Assembly (NCBI GenBank): GCA_009602735.1
Contig: WELA01001425.1
Coordinates: 5,501-61,202 of the forward strand
Length of the DNA: 55,702 nucleotides
From: Mesotaenium endlicherianum
Lineage: Eukaryota
Reading direction: 5' to 3'
A program made the position numbers and the translations under genes. Under the pieces are notes generated by a model. That model was not told where the DNA came from, did no database searches, and saw only the letters and a list, made by a program, of their open reading frames with translations. Shown here one piece after another: positions 36,259 to 48,547 of this stretch; positions within the stretch are counted from its first letter, which is position 1, and each line of letters opens with the position of its first letter.

Positions 36259-37935
36259 TTAAGGGGTGGTTCCTGGGGCTTCAGGATCAGGGGACGGAGA
36301 TCTGGACCTAGATCTGGACAGCCCTCTAGGTCTGTCAGCTGGCCTTCTAAAGAACCGTGTTTGCTCTAAAGTTGGTCCTCGAGGAGACTGAAGGATGGTA
36401 GCCTGCTCTTCAACCACTTGGGTGTTGATGCCCACATAGACAGGCATTCCAGTAGGATGCTGAAATACATTGGCTAGAGGTACATGCCCCTGAGCGGAGG
36501 GGGAGGCCAGCATACCTCTGGCCCACTCGCGTGTCCCTCTTCTGGCACCCCTGTCCTCTGGGGATTTCTGTCTGTGTCTGCTGCCCAGTACCGTCAGATC
36601 AGCTTCTTCCCCTGCTTGGGCAGGTGGGCTGGGGGAGCGAGCGCGGGGTCCAGTTGTCGCCATAACGGGGATCACATTCCACACACCTGATCGTGGTTCT
36701 TTAAGAATCGCCCCTACCTGTCTTTTGGTATCCTGAGTACCTGCTGCTGATGCTTCTCCTCTGCCCTGTTCTTGTTCCTCAGCCTCCTCATCCTCCTCCT
36801 TGGAGAGAGTAGAAGTCTCGTCCACTAAGTCGTCCTGCTCCCTAGTAGACATGGAGTAGTCTACTGACCTCCCTTTCTTAGGGCGCGCTGGAGGTTGCTT
36901 GGCCTTCAGCCTACTGATATCTATCCGGCCTGCATTCTTTGCCCATTTGACAAAGGCATGCTTTCCCTTAGAGAAGTACTCTCTTCCCCTCCTCCTATGT
37001 TCCTTGGTCTCTGCATTCATATTGCTCAGGCATCCATTCAGCCTGGGGTCCCAAGGGGCAATGTGAGGTGGTAGGATGAGATAGCCGTCTAGGCCATAGT
37101 GGAAGTCATCCGGTTGGGCTCGGTCACACTCCTGCTTCTTATTTGTGACGGTCATCCACCTCCAGTCTGTTGGCTGCTGGTAGTACTGGGGTCCGTGCTC
37201 AGCCTTCCTCAGTTTACACGGGAACCAGTGGGGAGAGAACATCTGCTGTCCTGCTTCCCTGGCCAAGTACTCCCAGCTCCTTCTCTCAACTTCATTGTAA
37301 GCTGGCAGGAGTGTGAGGTAGAATACCGTATCCTTAAAGCTATCGGGCCGCATGCTCACCATCCGGATGAGTCTCTGATCTCCCACTATTCCCGGTATGG
37401 GGACCGGCTTGTCCTCTGAATCATCTGCGAGATACCGGGCCTGCTCTGCTGTATAGCCCACCATCTTAGCATAATCTTCGTAAAGGACCACGCCGGTGTG
37501 TGTCTCGATGTACCTGTCCAGTGCTGTAGCTCCTTCCTTCTGTAGCAGTGTTGTCTGTTCCAGCCTGTTGATCTCCTGGGCTGCCAGCAATGCTTCCTTC
37601 AGGTTATCGAAGTTTTGGCCACCCACCACAGTATACCTGTAAGTGGCCAAGCTCTTCTGTCTGTCCGCTTCAATCTTTTTTCTTTTCTCCTCTTCTGCCG
37701 CTGCCGCTTCTTCTTGCTGTTTCTTCTGTCTCTCCTCCTCAGCCTTCCTGAGGTTTTCCGCTTCCTGATCCTTCTTCCTCTGTGCCTCTTCTGCCGCCTC
37801 TTGTTGTTTGCGGACCCTTTCTTGTTCTCTCCTGGTGAGGGACGTCGCCGCCAGCTCCTTCTGGTATTGCTCCATTGTCCTCCTGGCTTCTTCTGCCTTG
37901 CGCTTTCTGTCCTCCTTTTGTGTGGTGGGCGCCAT
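36259..37935 (-). CDS. Extra ORF (eORF) of retrotransposon family C, 558 aa, unknown function: coiled-coil N-terminus, globular core, acidic/low-complexity C-terminus
   Basis: Long uninterrupted ORF in the element's sense orientation between pol and the PPT. The ATG directly follows a TACTAAC...TGCAG acceptor. A diverged homolog in C3 conserves YRYTV, MVGYT, IPGI, DSFKD, PTDWRWMT and LPPHIA.WDPRL. Confidence 0.85.
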   Translation of the reverse strand: MAPTTQKEDRKRKAEEARRTMEQYQKELAATSLTRREQERVRKQQEAAEEAQRKKDQEAENLRKAEEERQKKQQEEAAAAEEEKRKKIEADRQKSLATYRYTVVGGQNFDNLKEALLAAQEINRLEQTTLLQKEGATALDRYIETHTGVVLYEDYAKMVGYTAEQARYLADDSEDKPVPIPGIVGDQRLIRMVSMRPDSFKDTVFYLTLLPAYNEVERRSWEYLAREAGQQMFSPHWFPCKLRKAEHGPQYYQQPTDWRWMTVTNKKQECDRAQPDDFHYGLDGYLILPPHIAPWDPRLNGCLSNMNAETKEHRRRGREYFSKGKHAFVKWAKNAGRIDISRLKAKQPPARPKKGRSVDYSMSTREQDDLVDETSTLSKEEDEEAEEQEQGRGEASAAGTQDTKRQVGAILKEPRSGVWNVIPVMATTGPRARSPSPPAQAGEEADLTVLGSRHRQKSPEDRGARRGTREWARGMLASPSAQGHVPLANVFQHPTGMPVYVGINTQVVEEQATILQSPRGPTLEQTRFFRRPADRPRGLSRSRSRSPSPDPEAPGTTP

Positions 37936-38201
37936 CCTGCACATGTAACCAGGGCACAAGTTAGTAGGATATGGACCTTTGTCATAGGGATTGCAGGAAG
38001 TATGTTAGTATTCAGTATAGTGGCTTCGTTGCTGTTTACCTTACAGGATGATTGCTAAAAGTTGACGTAGTTGCGATGCGCTACACATGAACGTATGAGT
38101 GTGTTTTTTTGCTCTCGCTCACTAACTGTCATATATTTTCCCTTCCAACTTAAATGGAGACAGGACCGCCTGTCACCTGCCCGTGTCAACTGAAATGACA
38201 G

Positions 38202-41200
38202 TTATGGAGGGACTCCAGCGGCCCGAAGGTGGAACCGTGTCAACGCCCCTTTGGCATTGGTTAAGTGGTCCTTAAACTCCCAAGTGTCCCCAGAGGCATC
38301 GTAACCCTTCCATCGAATGAGGTATTTCATGACATATTTAGACGATCGACGGACCGAGCGAGCGTCTAAAATCTCATCGACCTCATATTCCTCAGGGTCG
38401 CCGTCCCGGACAGCGGGGACCGGTCCCGGTTGGACAGGGAACCGACCTGTGAACAGTGTATCACCTTTGATGTACGGTTCCAGGAAGGAGACATTAAAGA
38501 CCGGGTGCCCCTTGTATTCAGCTGACATGTTCAGTTTGTAAGCATTCTGACCGACACGACGGACCACCGAATATGGACCGACCCAGACAGGGCCAAGCTT
38601 TTTCTTGACCACACCAGGGAGGTACAGGTGCTGAGAATGCAGTTTGACTAAATCCCCCTTGGAAAATGTCAGTTCCCGACGGTGTTGATTAGCGTATTTT
38701 TGTTGGTTTTCTTGGGCCGTGTGCAAGTTCCGTTGGACTTCTGACAGGGTGTCAGCAAACTCCTGAGTTAACTGGAGGGAGACCGGGTTGTCAATCCCTT
38801 CGGGGTGAGTTAAGGATTCCCCTAGTGCATCTACAGGAGACTTAGGGACTCTACCCAGGCTTAGTTCAAAAGGAGTTTTGCCCGTTGACGCGTGCACCGC
38901 ACTGTTGACCGCAAACTGAATTTGAGGTAACAGGTCATCCCAATTATCTTGTTTCTGGTTAATACATGCTCTCAGCAACTCTTGCAGGACTCGGTTAGTT
39001 CTTTCAGTCTGCCCATCAGTCTGAGGGTGGTTTGCTGTGCTGAGCAGCTGTTTGACTCCCATTAACCCCATTAAAGCTCTCCAGAACTTAGAGGTGAATT
39101 TTGAGTCTCTGTCTGAGATGATATTAGAAGGGAGCCCATGTTGGCATACTACATGGTTGTAAAACTGTCTCGCTGTTTCGAGTGCAGTCACTTTGACAGT
39201 TGTGGGGATAAAAATGACCATTTTTGTTAGTTTATCCACGACTACCAGTATTGAATCATGCCCGTTGGCAGTTCTTGGTAGTGAGACCACCCAGTCCATG
39301 GATATAGTTTCCCAGCGTCCCGCGGGGATGGGTAGCGGTTGCAAGAGACCTCCGGGTGGTGTGTGCCGAGACTTATTTCTGAGACACTGGTCACAGGACT
39401 TGACATATTTCAAGACCTCCCGGGGTAACCCCTCCCAATGATAATGTTTTGCCAGTTTGCCAACAGTTTTGGCCTGCCCCAAATGTCCACCCAGGAGACT
39501 GTCATGAGCTTGACTCAGTAAGAGAGACCTTATTTCCAAATTATTAGGAATGACCAGCTTCAGCCTGCCTGAAGTGGTTTCAGTCACCCAGACCCCTCCC
39601 TTGAGCTTATACCCGAGTGCAGTAGCACGACACACACCAGTAGTGGGGCTGGGCTCAAATGTTGGGTCAGAAAGGTAGGCTTTCCTAAGTTGTTCAAGGA
39701 AGGACTTTTTCACCTTTAGTGAAGTGAGTGCACACAGGACTTTATCTACAGCATGCTGACTAAAGTTCCTTTCTTGCAAGTCAGGTCTTCTAGAGAGTGC
39801 ATCAGCAGGATTCAACTTCCCTGGTTTGTAGTCGATCTGGACTTGGAACTGCTCCAGCATCTGGCTCCAGCGGTTCTCCCTCCTCGACAGCTTGGACTTC
39901 TTCTGAAAGTGGGTCAGAGCTAGATGATCTGTAATCACCTTAAAAGCTTTACCATGTAAGTATGCTCTCCACTGTTTGAGTACATGAATGATAGCTAGCA
40001 GCTCTTTATCATGCACTGAGTAATTAATCTCCGCTGGATTAAATTTCATAGACTCATACAACACAGGATGCCACTCCTGCCGTACCTTACCATCCTTTGT
40101 GGTTTTGTCAGCAGGCTGCAACAAAATAGCACCCATGGCAAAATCAGAGGCATCAGTAACCACCTGCACCGGTTTGCTGGGGTCATACACGGCTAGCACT
40201 GGGGCAGAACAAAGGGCATCTTTAAGGGTCTGGAAGGCAGCCTGCTGCTCTTCCCCCCACACATACCCGATGTCTTTCTTAGTAAGGTCAGTCAGTTTAC
40301 TGGCCTTTGTGGAATAATTCTCAATAAATCTCCTATAGTAGTTAGCCAACCCGAGGAAGGATCTAACTTCAGAGACAGACTGTGGTACTGGCCAGTCCCT
40401 TATGGTCTGGACTTTCTTAGGATCCACACTGATGCCCTCTTTACTGACAACGTGGCCTAAGAATTCAATACTTTCCTTAAAGAAATCACACTTGCTCATT
40501 TTAGCATACAAGTGATTTTTCCGCAGAGTGTCCAGCACTTTCTTTAAGTGTTCAGTGTGCTGAGCTTCATCTTTAGAGAAAATTAAAATATCATCCAGGA
40601 AAACTTGCACAAACTTATCCAAATAAGGTCTGAAAATGTCATTCATAGCACCCATGAAGGTAGCAGGAGCATTAGTCAGTCCAAATGGCATCACGTTGAA
40701 CTCATAGTGTCCATAACGTGTGCGGAAGGCAGTCTTGTGTTCATCCCCCTCAGCAATTCTGATTTGATGATAACCACTCTTGAGATCTATCTTACTGAAC
40801 ACCTTAGCACCAGACAGGGTATCAAGCAAGTCCTCGATTCTGGGTAAAGCATACTTGTTCTTTACTGTAATTCTGTTCAGGGCTCTGTAATCCACACACA
40901 TCCGCATACTGCCATCCTTTTTCTTAACAAATAGGATGGGTGCGCCGTAAGGTGATTTACTGGGAGAAATATAACCATTTTCCTCAAGCTCTGCAATCTG
41001 TGTTTTCAACTCCTCGCTCTCCACATAAGACAAGCCATACGTGCGTTGCCAGGGTGGCTGACTCCCAGGTAATAAATCAATCCTATGATCTACTTCCCTC
41101 TTAGGGGGTAGTCCTGGAGGCATATTAAATACATCCGTGTACTGAGCAACAATTTTTGCAGCAGTAGGGTGCTCCGGAGGGCTTACCTTTTTCTCAACCA

Positions 41201-42011
41201 CTTCTTCAGGTTGAGGAGGTACCTCTCTTAGCAGCAGACAGAACATTCTGTCTTCCTTCTGGTTCCAGCTTTTGACGAACTCCATTGCATTCAGCAACTT
41301 GCATCCTTCTGGAAGCCTCTTCTTTTCCTTCATTTGCCATCCACACAGGACAAGAGGAAGAGCACTGGTGGGTGCCAAGTTAGTCTGCCCATCACTGGCT
41401 CCTCTCACTTTAACTGTACCTCTGCTCCAACACACTTCAGCTTGATGTCTATTAAGCCAGGACCTGCCTAGCACGAGATCATAGAACCCAGTGTTGAGTA
41501 CCTCAAATGTAAGCGTTTCAGTTAGAACTGCAATGCCAGAACCTAACTGGACCTCAATAGGCTTGGTTATAACTCCTCCCGGGATACTTGAGGCATCTCC
41601 AAGGACTATCTTTGTATTCCCTTGGGTGACAGTAGGCAGCCTTAGCCGCTTAACTAAGTCCTTGTGGATAAAGGTATGTGACGCCCCTCCGTCAACAAAT
41701 GCCCTCACCTTCCTACCTGCAATCATGCAATGCAGTAGGATAGGGGGGACTGTCCTTTCCTGACTTTCGCATTGTTCTCCTGACGTAGCAAAGAAATGTT
41801 GGACATCAGGTGGAACAAGAGCATCCAGAGTGTGCACTCTCTGGACGTCTATATTACTGATGGTCTCCTTTATCTGTTTGTCAGGCATGCATAGTATATC
41901 CAGTTCAGCAGGACCCATAATACCTGCTACGAGGGCAGCTAGTGACGACTCACTATCTCTAGCATCCTCACAGTCAGTAGACTGGATTACTGACTGTTGC
42001 TGTCTTTTAAA
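38202..42011 (-). CDS. pol: Pol of element C2 (PR-RT-RNaseH-IN-chromodomain)
   Basis: FVDGGASH protease, MPFGL/FLDD RT, TDAS, HHCC/DDE integrase, GPY, and an EYEVDEIL...[14 protein letters not shown] chromodomain; the frame is open from the slippery site at 42005-42011. Confidence 0.95.
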   Translation of the reverse strand, partial: FKRQQQSVIQSTDCEDARDSESSLAALVAGIMGPAELDILCMPDKQIKETISNIDVQRVHTLDALVPPDVQHFFATSGEQCESQERTVPPILLHCMIAGRKVRAFVDGGASHTFIHKDLVKRLRLPTVTQGNTKIVLGDASSIPGGVITKPIEVQLGSGIAVLTETLTFEVLNTGFYDLVLGRSWLNRHQAEVCWSRGTVKVRGASDGQTNLAPTSALPLVLCGWQMKEKKRLPEGCKLLNAMEFVKSWNQKEDRMFCLLLREVPPQPEEVVEKKVSPPEHPTAAKIVAQYTDVFNMPPGLPPKREVDHRIDLLPGSQPPWQRTYGLSYVESEELKTQIAELEENGYISPSKSPYGAPILFVKKKDGSMRMCVDYRALNRITVKNKYALPRIEDLLDTLSGAKVFSKIDLKSGYHQIRIAEGDEHKTAFRTRYGHYEFNVMPFGLTNAPATFMGAMNDIFRPYLDKFVQVFLDDILIFSKDEAQHTEHLKKVLDTLRKNHLYAKMSKCDFFKESIEFLGHVVSKEGISVDPKKVQTIRDWPVPQSVSEVRSFLGLANYYRRFIENYSTKASKLTDLTKKDIGYVWGEEQQAAFQTLKDALCSAPVLAVYDPSKPVQVVTDASDFAMGAILLQPADKTTKDGKVRQEWHPVLYESMKFNPAEINYSVHDKELLAIIHVLKQWRAYLHGKAFKVITDHLALTHFQKKSKLSRRENRWSQMLEQFQVQIDYKPGKLNPADALSRRPDLQERNFSQHAVDKVLCALTSLKVKKSFLEQLRKAYLSDPTFEPSPTTGVCRATALGYKLKGGVWVTETTSGRLKLVIPNNLEIRSLLLSQAHDSLLGGHLGQAKTVGKLAKHYHWEGLPREVLKYVKSCDQCLRNKSRHTPPGGLLQPLPIPAGRWETISMDWVVSLPRTANGHDSILVVVDKLTKMVIFIPTTVKVTALETARQFYNHVVCQHGLPSNIISDRDSKFTSKFWRALMGLMGVKQLLSTANHPQTDGQTERTNRVLQELLRACINQKQDNWDDLLPQIQFAVNSAVHASTGKTPFELSLGRVPKSPVDALGESLTHPEGIDNPVSLQLTQEFADTLSEVQRNLHTAQENQQKYANQHRRELTFSKGDLVKLHSQHLYLPGVVKKKLGPVWVGPYSVVRRVGQNAYKLNMSAEYKGHPVFNVSFLEPYIKGDTLFTGRFPVQPGPVPAVRDGDPEEYEVDEILDARSVRRSSKYVMKYLIRWKGYDASGDTWEFKDHLTNAKGALTRFHLRAAGVPP

Positions 42012-42947
42012 GGCTGGTCTTTTCTCTCGACCTTAGGCAGGTGCTTGACCGGACACTGTTCTCTGTAGTGGCCTGTCTGCTGACAATGGTATGCAAGTTC
42101 AAGGCCCACGATGGACTACTTGGAAATGCATCTACAACATAAGAATGGGGGTGAAAAGGAGGCTTTCAAGACTTACACTCCCACATAGGTATCTGTAATG
42201 AATCAGTATACTGGTCGATCTAATATTCATTTGAATAACATAGTCAAATAAGTTCAGCCTGCTGAACTCTACTTAACAATCAGTCTGCTGGACTTTATAC
42301 TTAATATCAGTTTAATGACTTGGCCGGAAGTAGCAGGCTGAGGTCACCTTAAGTCAGCTTGCTGACACATTCTTTGACAGCCAGCTGACTTTCGTACTCG
42401 GTAGCAGCGAACTGCCTCGATATGCATCTAAGTGTGGTATGCTAGATGAATGGCCAGATGACATCCCTATGATGGATGGCGATTCGGGATGATGGGAGAT
42501 GGCGGTGGATTTGGTTAACCGAGGTCCTACCAACGTGGTTAACTCCCGGGTAGGCGGTGCCATCGCACTGACCGTTGAACAGTAAACTCATTCCATGTAC
42601 ATATGCTAGGCATTGCTCTCGAGTTCGGCATTCGGAAACGAGGCCAACTCTCTTGTACAGCTTACTGAGAGAGATCTGAATCCAAGGCGAGAAGCCATTG
42701 ATACGCACTGTCTTCTAACCTTGCTTATGTATGAGTTTACTGATTTGCATTATTGATGCTAGTTTACTCGCATTTGACTTACGAGTATTATTCACTGCTA
42801 GTGTATTGTCCTTTGCCGTTTAACCAGTTAACGGAAATACCATAAAGATTACTTGCTGATATAAAGATCTTTATTAATTGTTAATCCCCTATTTGGTAAG
42901 GCGATTCATTTCAGTGGTATCGGAGCAGTTATCACAGTCTTCTTTGT

Positions 42948-44442
42948 ATGGTAAGGACAAGGTCTCAAACTAGCAACTCCCGAGACATGGAGAACCAGGA
43001 GAACGAGAATGTCGAAAACCAGGCGGAAAGCCATGTAGCGGGAAACCGTACCTATTCGGAAGCAATAGCAGATACTGCAGCTAGGGAGGCTGCAGAGGAG
43101 GCAGCTACTATTGCCTCAGTCGCAGCTCAGCAAGCTGAGGAGGAGAGAGCCTGGCTAGAAGCTGAACAAGTAGCAAAGGCCGCTGAAGATACAAAAAGGA
43201 GGGAAAGACAGTCAGCTGACGAGCACACTGTCGAGGAACTCATGGCATCAAGGGCCAATGTTCTGAACCCACCCCCTGCTGTACAACTCAATGTACCCCT
43301 AGGTCAAATACGTGACCGGCTGAATGCGGCAGGAATTGCTGCTGCAGGAGCGAGAGGGATTGTTGAGGACACTACTCAGCGAGTAGATGCCAATGCTGCT
43401 GCTGCATTTGCTACACTACCACCCCAGAGTGTAGACTTGGGAGCATTGTTTGTTCAAATGCAGTCGCAAATGGCGACCATGTATCAGTCCCAGCAGGAGG
43501 ACAAAAGAATCATAATGTCCCTACTGCAGGACAGAGACCAACTCGGGTCTCACACCACNCGGGTCTTACACCACTAGTGGTGGTGGCCGAGGGCCTAGTA
43601 AGCCCAAGCCGAAACCTCCCCAGGAACATCATCCTGAGGGGAACAGAAAATACTACCTGATCAAGTTTCTCGCGGATGTTGAGCAGTGGCTGGAGAATTA
43701 CCCAAAACTGCAAGATTACGAGAAGGTCAGGCACACCGGTGCGCTACTGAAAGGCAGTGCCGCAGACTGGTGGCTTTACTGGAAGGGAGAGCGTAAGGCT
43801 CGGCAACTCGGTGACCCTACGTGGGTAGAGTTTGTCGAGAAGTTGCATGAGAAATTTGACGTCATCAACCAGCAGGAGAAAGCTATCTATGCGATGATCT
43901 CCCTGACACTGAAGCAGACCACTTCAGTTGCTGAGTTTGCTCAAAAGTTCCAAGAGAACATGATGAAGCAGCCAGATTTGCCAGAACGGTATAGGATAGC
44001 ATACTTCAGGTATGGCTTGAAATCCGAGGTCTCTGGTCATTTTGCTGAGAAAAAGTATGAGAAACTGGCTGACTTGATCCAGGATGCTGACGCCTGGGAT
44101 CAGCAGCAGTTCAATCACAAGCGCCAGAGTAACGCTTTGGTGTCTAAGATTGTCAAAAAGCCCCACGGTTCCTACAATGCAGTTGAAGGAGACCAGGCTG
44201 AGGATAATCAGGGTGATGAATATGAGTATGAGTACAATGCTATTCAGTCAAGAGGTAGAGGTAGTTCCTCTCGAGGTGGCTATGGAAGGGGTGGTGGTAG
44301 GACTAAGCCGAGACCAGCCTCAGCAAAATCCACTTGCTACCATTGTCAGCAGGAAAGGCCACTACAGAGAACAGTGTCTAGTCAAGCACATGCCCAAGGT
44401 TGAGAGAAAGACCAGCCTTTAAAAGACAGCAACAGTCAGTAA
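42948..44442 (+). pseudogene. gag: C3 gag (frameshift in the zinc knuckle; another apparent break at an assembly N)
   Basis: MVRTRSQ start, LLKGSAADWW, KQTTSVAEF; the CYHC knuckle is disrupted by a 1-nt insertion relative to C2. Confidence 0.85.
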
Positions 44443-47400
44443 TCCAGTCTATTGATTGTGAGGATGCCAGAGATAGTGAGTCGTCACTAGCTGCCCTCGT
44501 AGCAGGTATTATGGGTCCTGCTGAACTGGATTCACTATGCATGCCTGACAACCAGATAAAGGAGACCATCAGCAATATAGACGTCCAGAGAGTGCACACT
44601 CTGGATGCTCTTGTTCCACCTGATGTCCAACATTTCTTTGCTACGTCAGGAGAACAATGCGAAAGTCAGGAAAAGACAGTCCCCCCTATCCTACTGCATT
44701 GCATGATTGCAGGTAGGACGGTGAGGGCATTTGTTGACGGAGGGGCGTCACATACTTTTATCCACAAGGACTTAGTTAAGCGGCTAAGGCTGCCTACTGT
44801 CACCCAAGGGAATAGAAAAATATTCCTTGGAGATGCCTCAAGTATCCCGGGAGGAGTTATAACCAAGCCTATTGAGGTCCAGTTAGGTTCTGGCATTGCA
44901 GTTCTAACTGAAACGCTTACATTTGAGGTACTCAACACTGGCTTTTATGATCTCGTGCTAGGCAGGTCCTGGCTTAATAGACATCAAGCTGAAGTGTGTT
45001 GGAGCAGAGGTACAGTTAAAGTGAGAGGAGCCAGTGATGGGCAGACTGACTTGGCACCCACCAGTGCTCTTCCTCTTGTCCTGTGTGGATGGCAAATGAA
45101 GGAAAAGAAGAGGCTTCCAGAAGGATGCAAGTTGCTGAATGCAATGGAGTTCGTCAAAAGCTGGAACCAGAAGGAGGACAGAATGTTCTGTCTGCTGCTA
45201 AGATAGGTACCTCCTCAACCTGAAGAAGTGGTTGAGAAAAAGGTAAGCCCTCCGAAGCACCCTACTGCTGCAAAAATTGTTGCTCAGTACACTGATGTAT
45301 TTAATATGCCTCCTGGACTACCCCCTAAAAGGAAAGTAGATCATATGATTGATCTATTACCCGGGAGTCAGCCACCTTGGCAACGCACTTATGGCTTGTT
45401 TTATGTGGAGAGCGAGGAGTTGAAAACACAGATTGCAGAGCTTGAGGAGAATGGTTATATTTCTCCCAGTAAATCACCTTACGGCGCACCCATCCTATTT
45501 GTTAAGAAAAAGGATGGCAGTATGCGAATGTGTGTGGATTACAGAGCCCTGAACAGAATTACAGTAAAGAACAAGTATGCTTTACCCAGAATCGAGGACT
45601 TGCTTGATACCCTGTCTGGCGCTAAGGTGTTCAGTAAGATAGATCTCAAGAGTGGTTATCATCAAATCAGAATTGCTGAGGGGGATGAACACAAGACTGC
45701 TTTCCGCACACGTTATGGACACTATGAGTTCAACGTGATGCCATTTGGACTGACTAATGCTCCTGCTACCTTTATGGGTGCTATGAATGACATTTTCAGA
45801 CCTTATTTGGATAAGTTTGTGCAAGTTTTCCTGGATGATATTTTAATTTTCTCTAAAGATGAAGCTCAGCACACTGAACACTTAAAGAAAGTGCTGGACA
45901 CTCTGCGGAAAAATCACTTGTATGCTAAAATGAGCAAGTGTGATTTCTTTAAGGAAAGTATTGAATTCTTAGGCCACGTTGTCAGTAAAGAGGGCATCAG
46001 TGTGGATCCTAAGAAAGTCCAGACCATAAGGGACTGGCCAGTACCACAGTCTGTCTCTGAAGGCAGATCCTTCCTCGGGTTGACTAACTACTATAGGAGA
46101 TTTATTGAGAATTATTCCACAAAGGCCAGTAAACTGACTGACCTTACTAAGAAAGACATCGGGTATGTGTGGGGGGAAGAGCAGCAGGCTGCCTTCCAGA
46201 CCCTTAAAGATGCCCTTTGTTCTGCCCCAGTGCTAGCCGTGTATGACCCCAGCAAACCGGTGCAGGTGGTTACTGATGCCTCTGATTTTGCCATGGGTGC
46301 TATTTTGTTGCAGCCTGCTGACAAAACCACAAAGGATGGTAAGGTACGGCAGGAGTGGCATCCTGTGTTGTATGAGTCTATGAAATTTAATCCAGCGGAG
46401 ATTAATTACTCAGTGCATGATAAAGAGCTGCTAGCTATCATTCATGTACTCAAACAGTGGAGAGCATACTTACATGGTAAAGCTTTTAAGGTGATTACAG
46501 ATCATCTAGCTCTGACCCACTTTCAGAAGAAGTCCAAGCTGTCGAGGAGGGAGAACCGCTGGAGCCAGATGCTGGAGCAGTTCCAAGTCCAGATCGACTA
46601 CAAACCAGGGAAGTTGAATCCTGCTGATGCACTCTCTAGAAGACCTGACTTGCAAGAAAGGAACTTTAGTCAGCATGCTGTAGATAAAGTCCTGTGTGCA
46701 CTCACTTCACTAAAGGTGAAAAAGTCCTTCCTTGAACAACTTAGGAAAGCCTACCTTTCTGACCCAACATTTGAGCCCAGCCCCACTACTGGTGTGTGTC
46801 GTGCTACTGCACTCGGGTATAAGCTCAAGGGAGGGGTCTGGGTGACTGAAACCACTTCAGGCAGGCTGAAGCTGGTCATTCCTAATAACTTGGAAATAAG
46901 GTCTCTCTTACTGAGTCAAGCTCATGACAGTCTCCTGGGTGGACATTTGGGGCAGGCCAAAACTGTTGGCAAACTGGCAAAACATTATCATTGGGAGGGG
47001 TTACCCCGGGAGGTCTTGAAATATGTCAAGTCCTGTGACCAGTGTCAGAGAAATAAGTCTCGGCACACACCACCCGGAGGTCTCTTGCAACCGCTACCCA
47101 TCCCAGCGGGACGCTGGGAAACTATATCCATGGACTGGGTGGTCTCACTACCAAGAACTGCCAACGGGCATGATTCAATACTGGTAGTCGTGGATAAACT
47201 GACAAAAATGGTCATTTTTATCCCCACAACTGTCAAAGTGACTGCACTCGAAACAGCGAGACAGTTTTACAACCATGTAGTATGCCAACATGGGCTCCCT
47301 TCTAATATCATCTCAGACAGAGACTCAAAATTCACCTCTAAGTTCTGGAGAGCTTTAATGGGGTTAATGGGAGTCAAACAGCTGCTCAGCACAGCAAACC

Positions 47401-48227
47401 ACCCTCAGACTGATGGGCAGACTGAAAGAACTAACCGAGTTCTGCAGGAGGTGCTGAGAGCATATATTAACCAAAAACAAGATAATTGGGATGACCTGTT
47501 GCCTCAAATTCAGTTTGCGGTCAACAGTGCGGTGCACGCGTCAACGGGCAAAACTCCTTTTGAACTCAGCCTGGGTAGAGTCCCTAAGTCTCCTCTAGAT
47601 GTGCTAGGGGAATCTTTAACTCACCCTGAAGGGATTGACAACCCGGTCTCCCTCCAGTTAACTCAGGAGTTTGCTGACACCCTGTCAGAAGTCCAACGAA
47701 ACTTGCACACGGCCCAAGAAAACCAACAAAAATACGCTAATCAACACCGTCGGGAACTGACATTTTCCAAGGGGGATTTAGTCAAACTGCATTCTCAGCA
47801 CCTGTACCTCCCTGGTGTGGTCAAGAAAAAGCTTGGCCCTGTCTGGGTCGGTCCATATTCGGTGGTCCGACGTGTCGGTCAGAATGCTTACAAACTGAAC
47901 ATGTCAGCTGACTACAAGGGTCACCCGGTCTTTAATATCTCCTTCCTGGAACCATAAATCAAAGGTGATACACTGTTCACAGGTCGGTTACCTATCCAAC
48001 CGGGACCGGTCCCCGCTGTCCGGGAAGGCGACCCCGAGGAATATGAGGTTGATGAGATTTTAGACGCTCGCTCGGTCCGTCGATCGTCTAAATATGTCAT
48101 GAAGTACCTCATCCGATGGAAGGGTTACGATGCCTCTGGGGACACTTGGGAATTTAAAGATCAGCTGACCCATGCCAAAGGGGCGTTGAAACGGTTCCAC
48201 CTTCGGGCGGCTGGGGCACCTCCCTAA
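44418..48227 (+). pseudogene. pol: C3 pol with two premature stops (45204-45206, 47955-47957)
   Basis: Nearly identical in translation to the C2 pol. Confidence 0.92.
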
Positions 48228-48547
48228 CAGTCGTTTCCGTTGACACGGGAAGGTGACAGGAGGTCCTGTCTCCATATAAGTTGGAGGGAGATGTGACAGT
48301 TAGTGACAGTTGTGACAGGCAGCCCACCTTTAAATTTAAGTTGGAGGGAGTGGTAGTCTCTGATCACCATATTACCCACTCAACCTGCGCTCACACTCAC
48401 TTGCTCTCCAAATTTTTCCTTATAGTCGCTCACACCAGGTATTCCACTCTAGGAACTCTCTCGATCGCGTCCCTCTTCATCAAGGACACTCAGTTGCGGC
48501 AAAATATCATGACTTCACTAACTGCATTGTGTTTATGATTGAGCAGG

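Larger units (their letters stand above)
35403..42091 (-). mobile_element. Family C chromovirus copy C2: 3' LTR 35403-36145, intact extra ORF, intact pol; truncated inside the gag zinc knuckle
   Basis: LTR, PPT (36146-36160), a 558-aa ORF and a stop-free pol; similarity to C1/C3 ends at ~42091. Confidence 0.93.

Noticed and set aside
36259..37935. Calling the extra ORF 'env'
   Set aside because: No hydrophobic signal peptide or transmembrane segment is visible; the protein is highly charged
42166..42168. In-frame TGA at a CxxC position (possible selenocysteine)
   Set aside because: The ORF is split by a retrotransposon and truncated, and I see no SECIS evidence; a nonsense mutation is simpler
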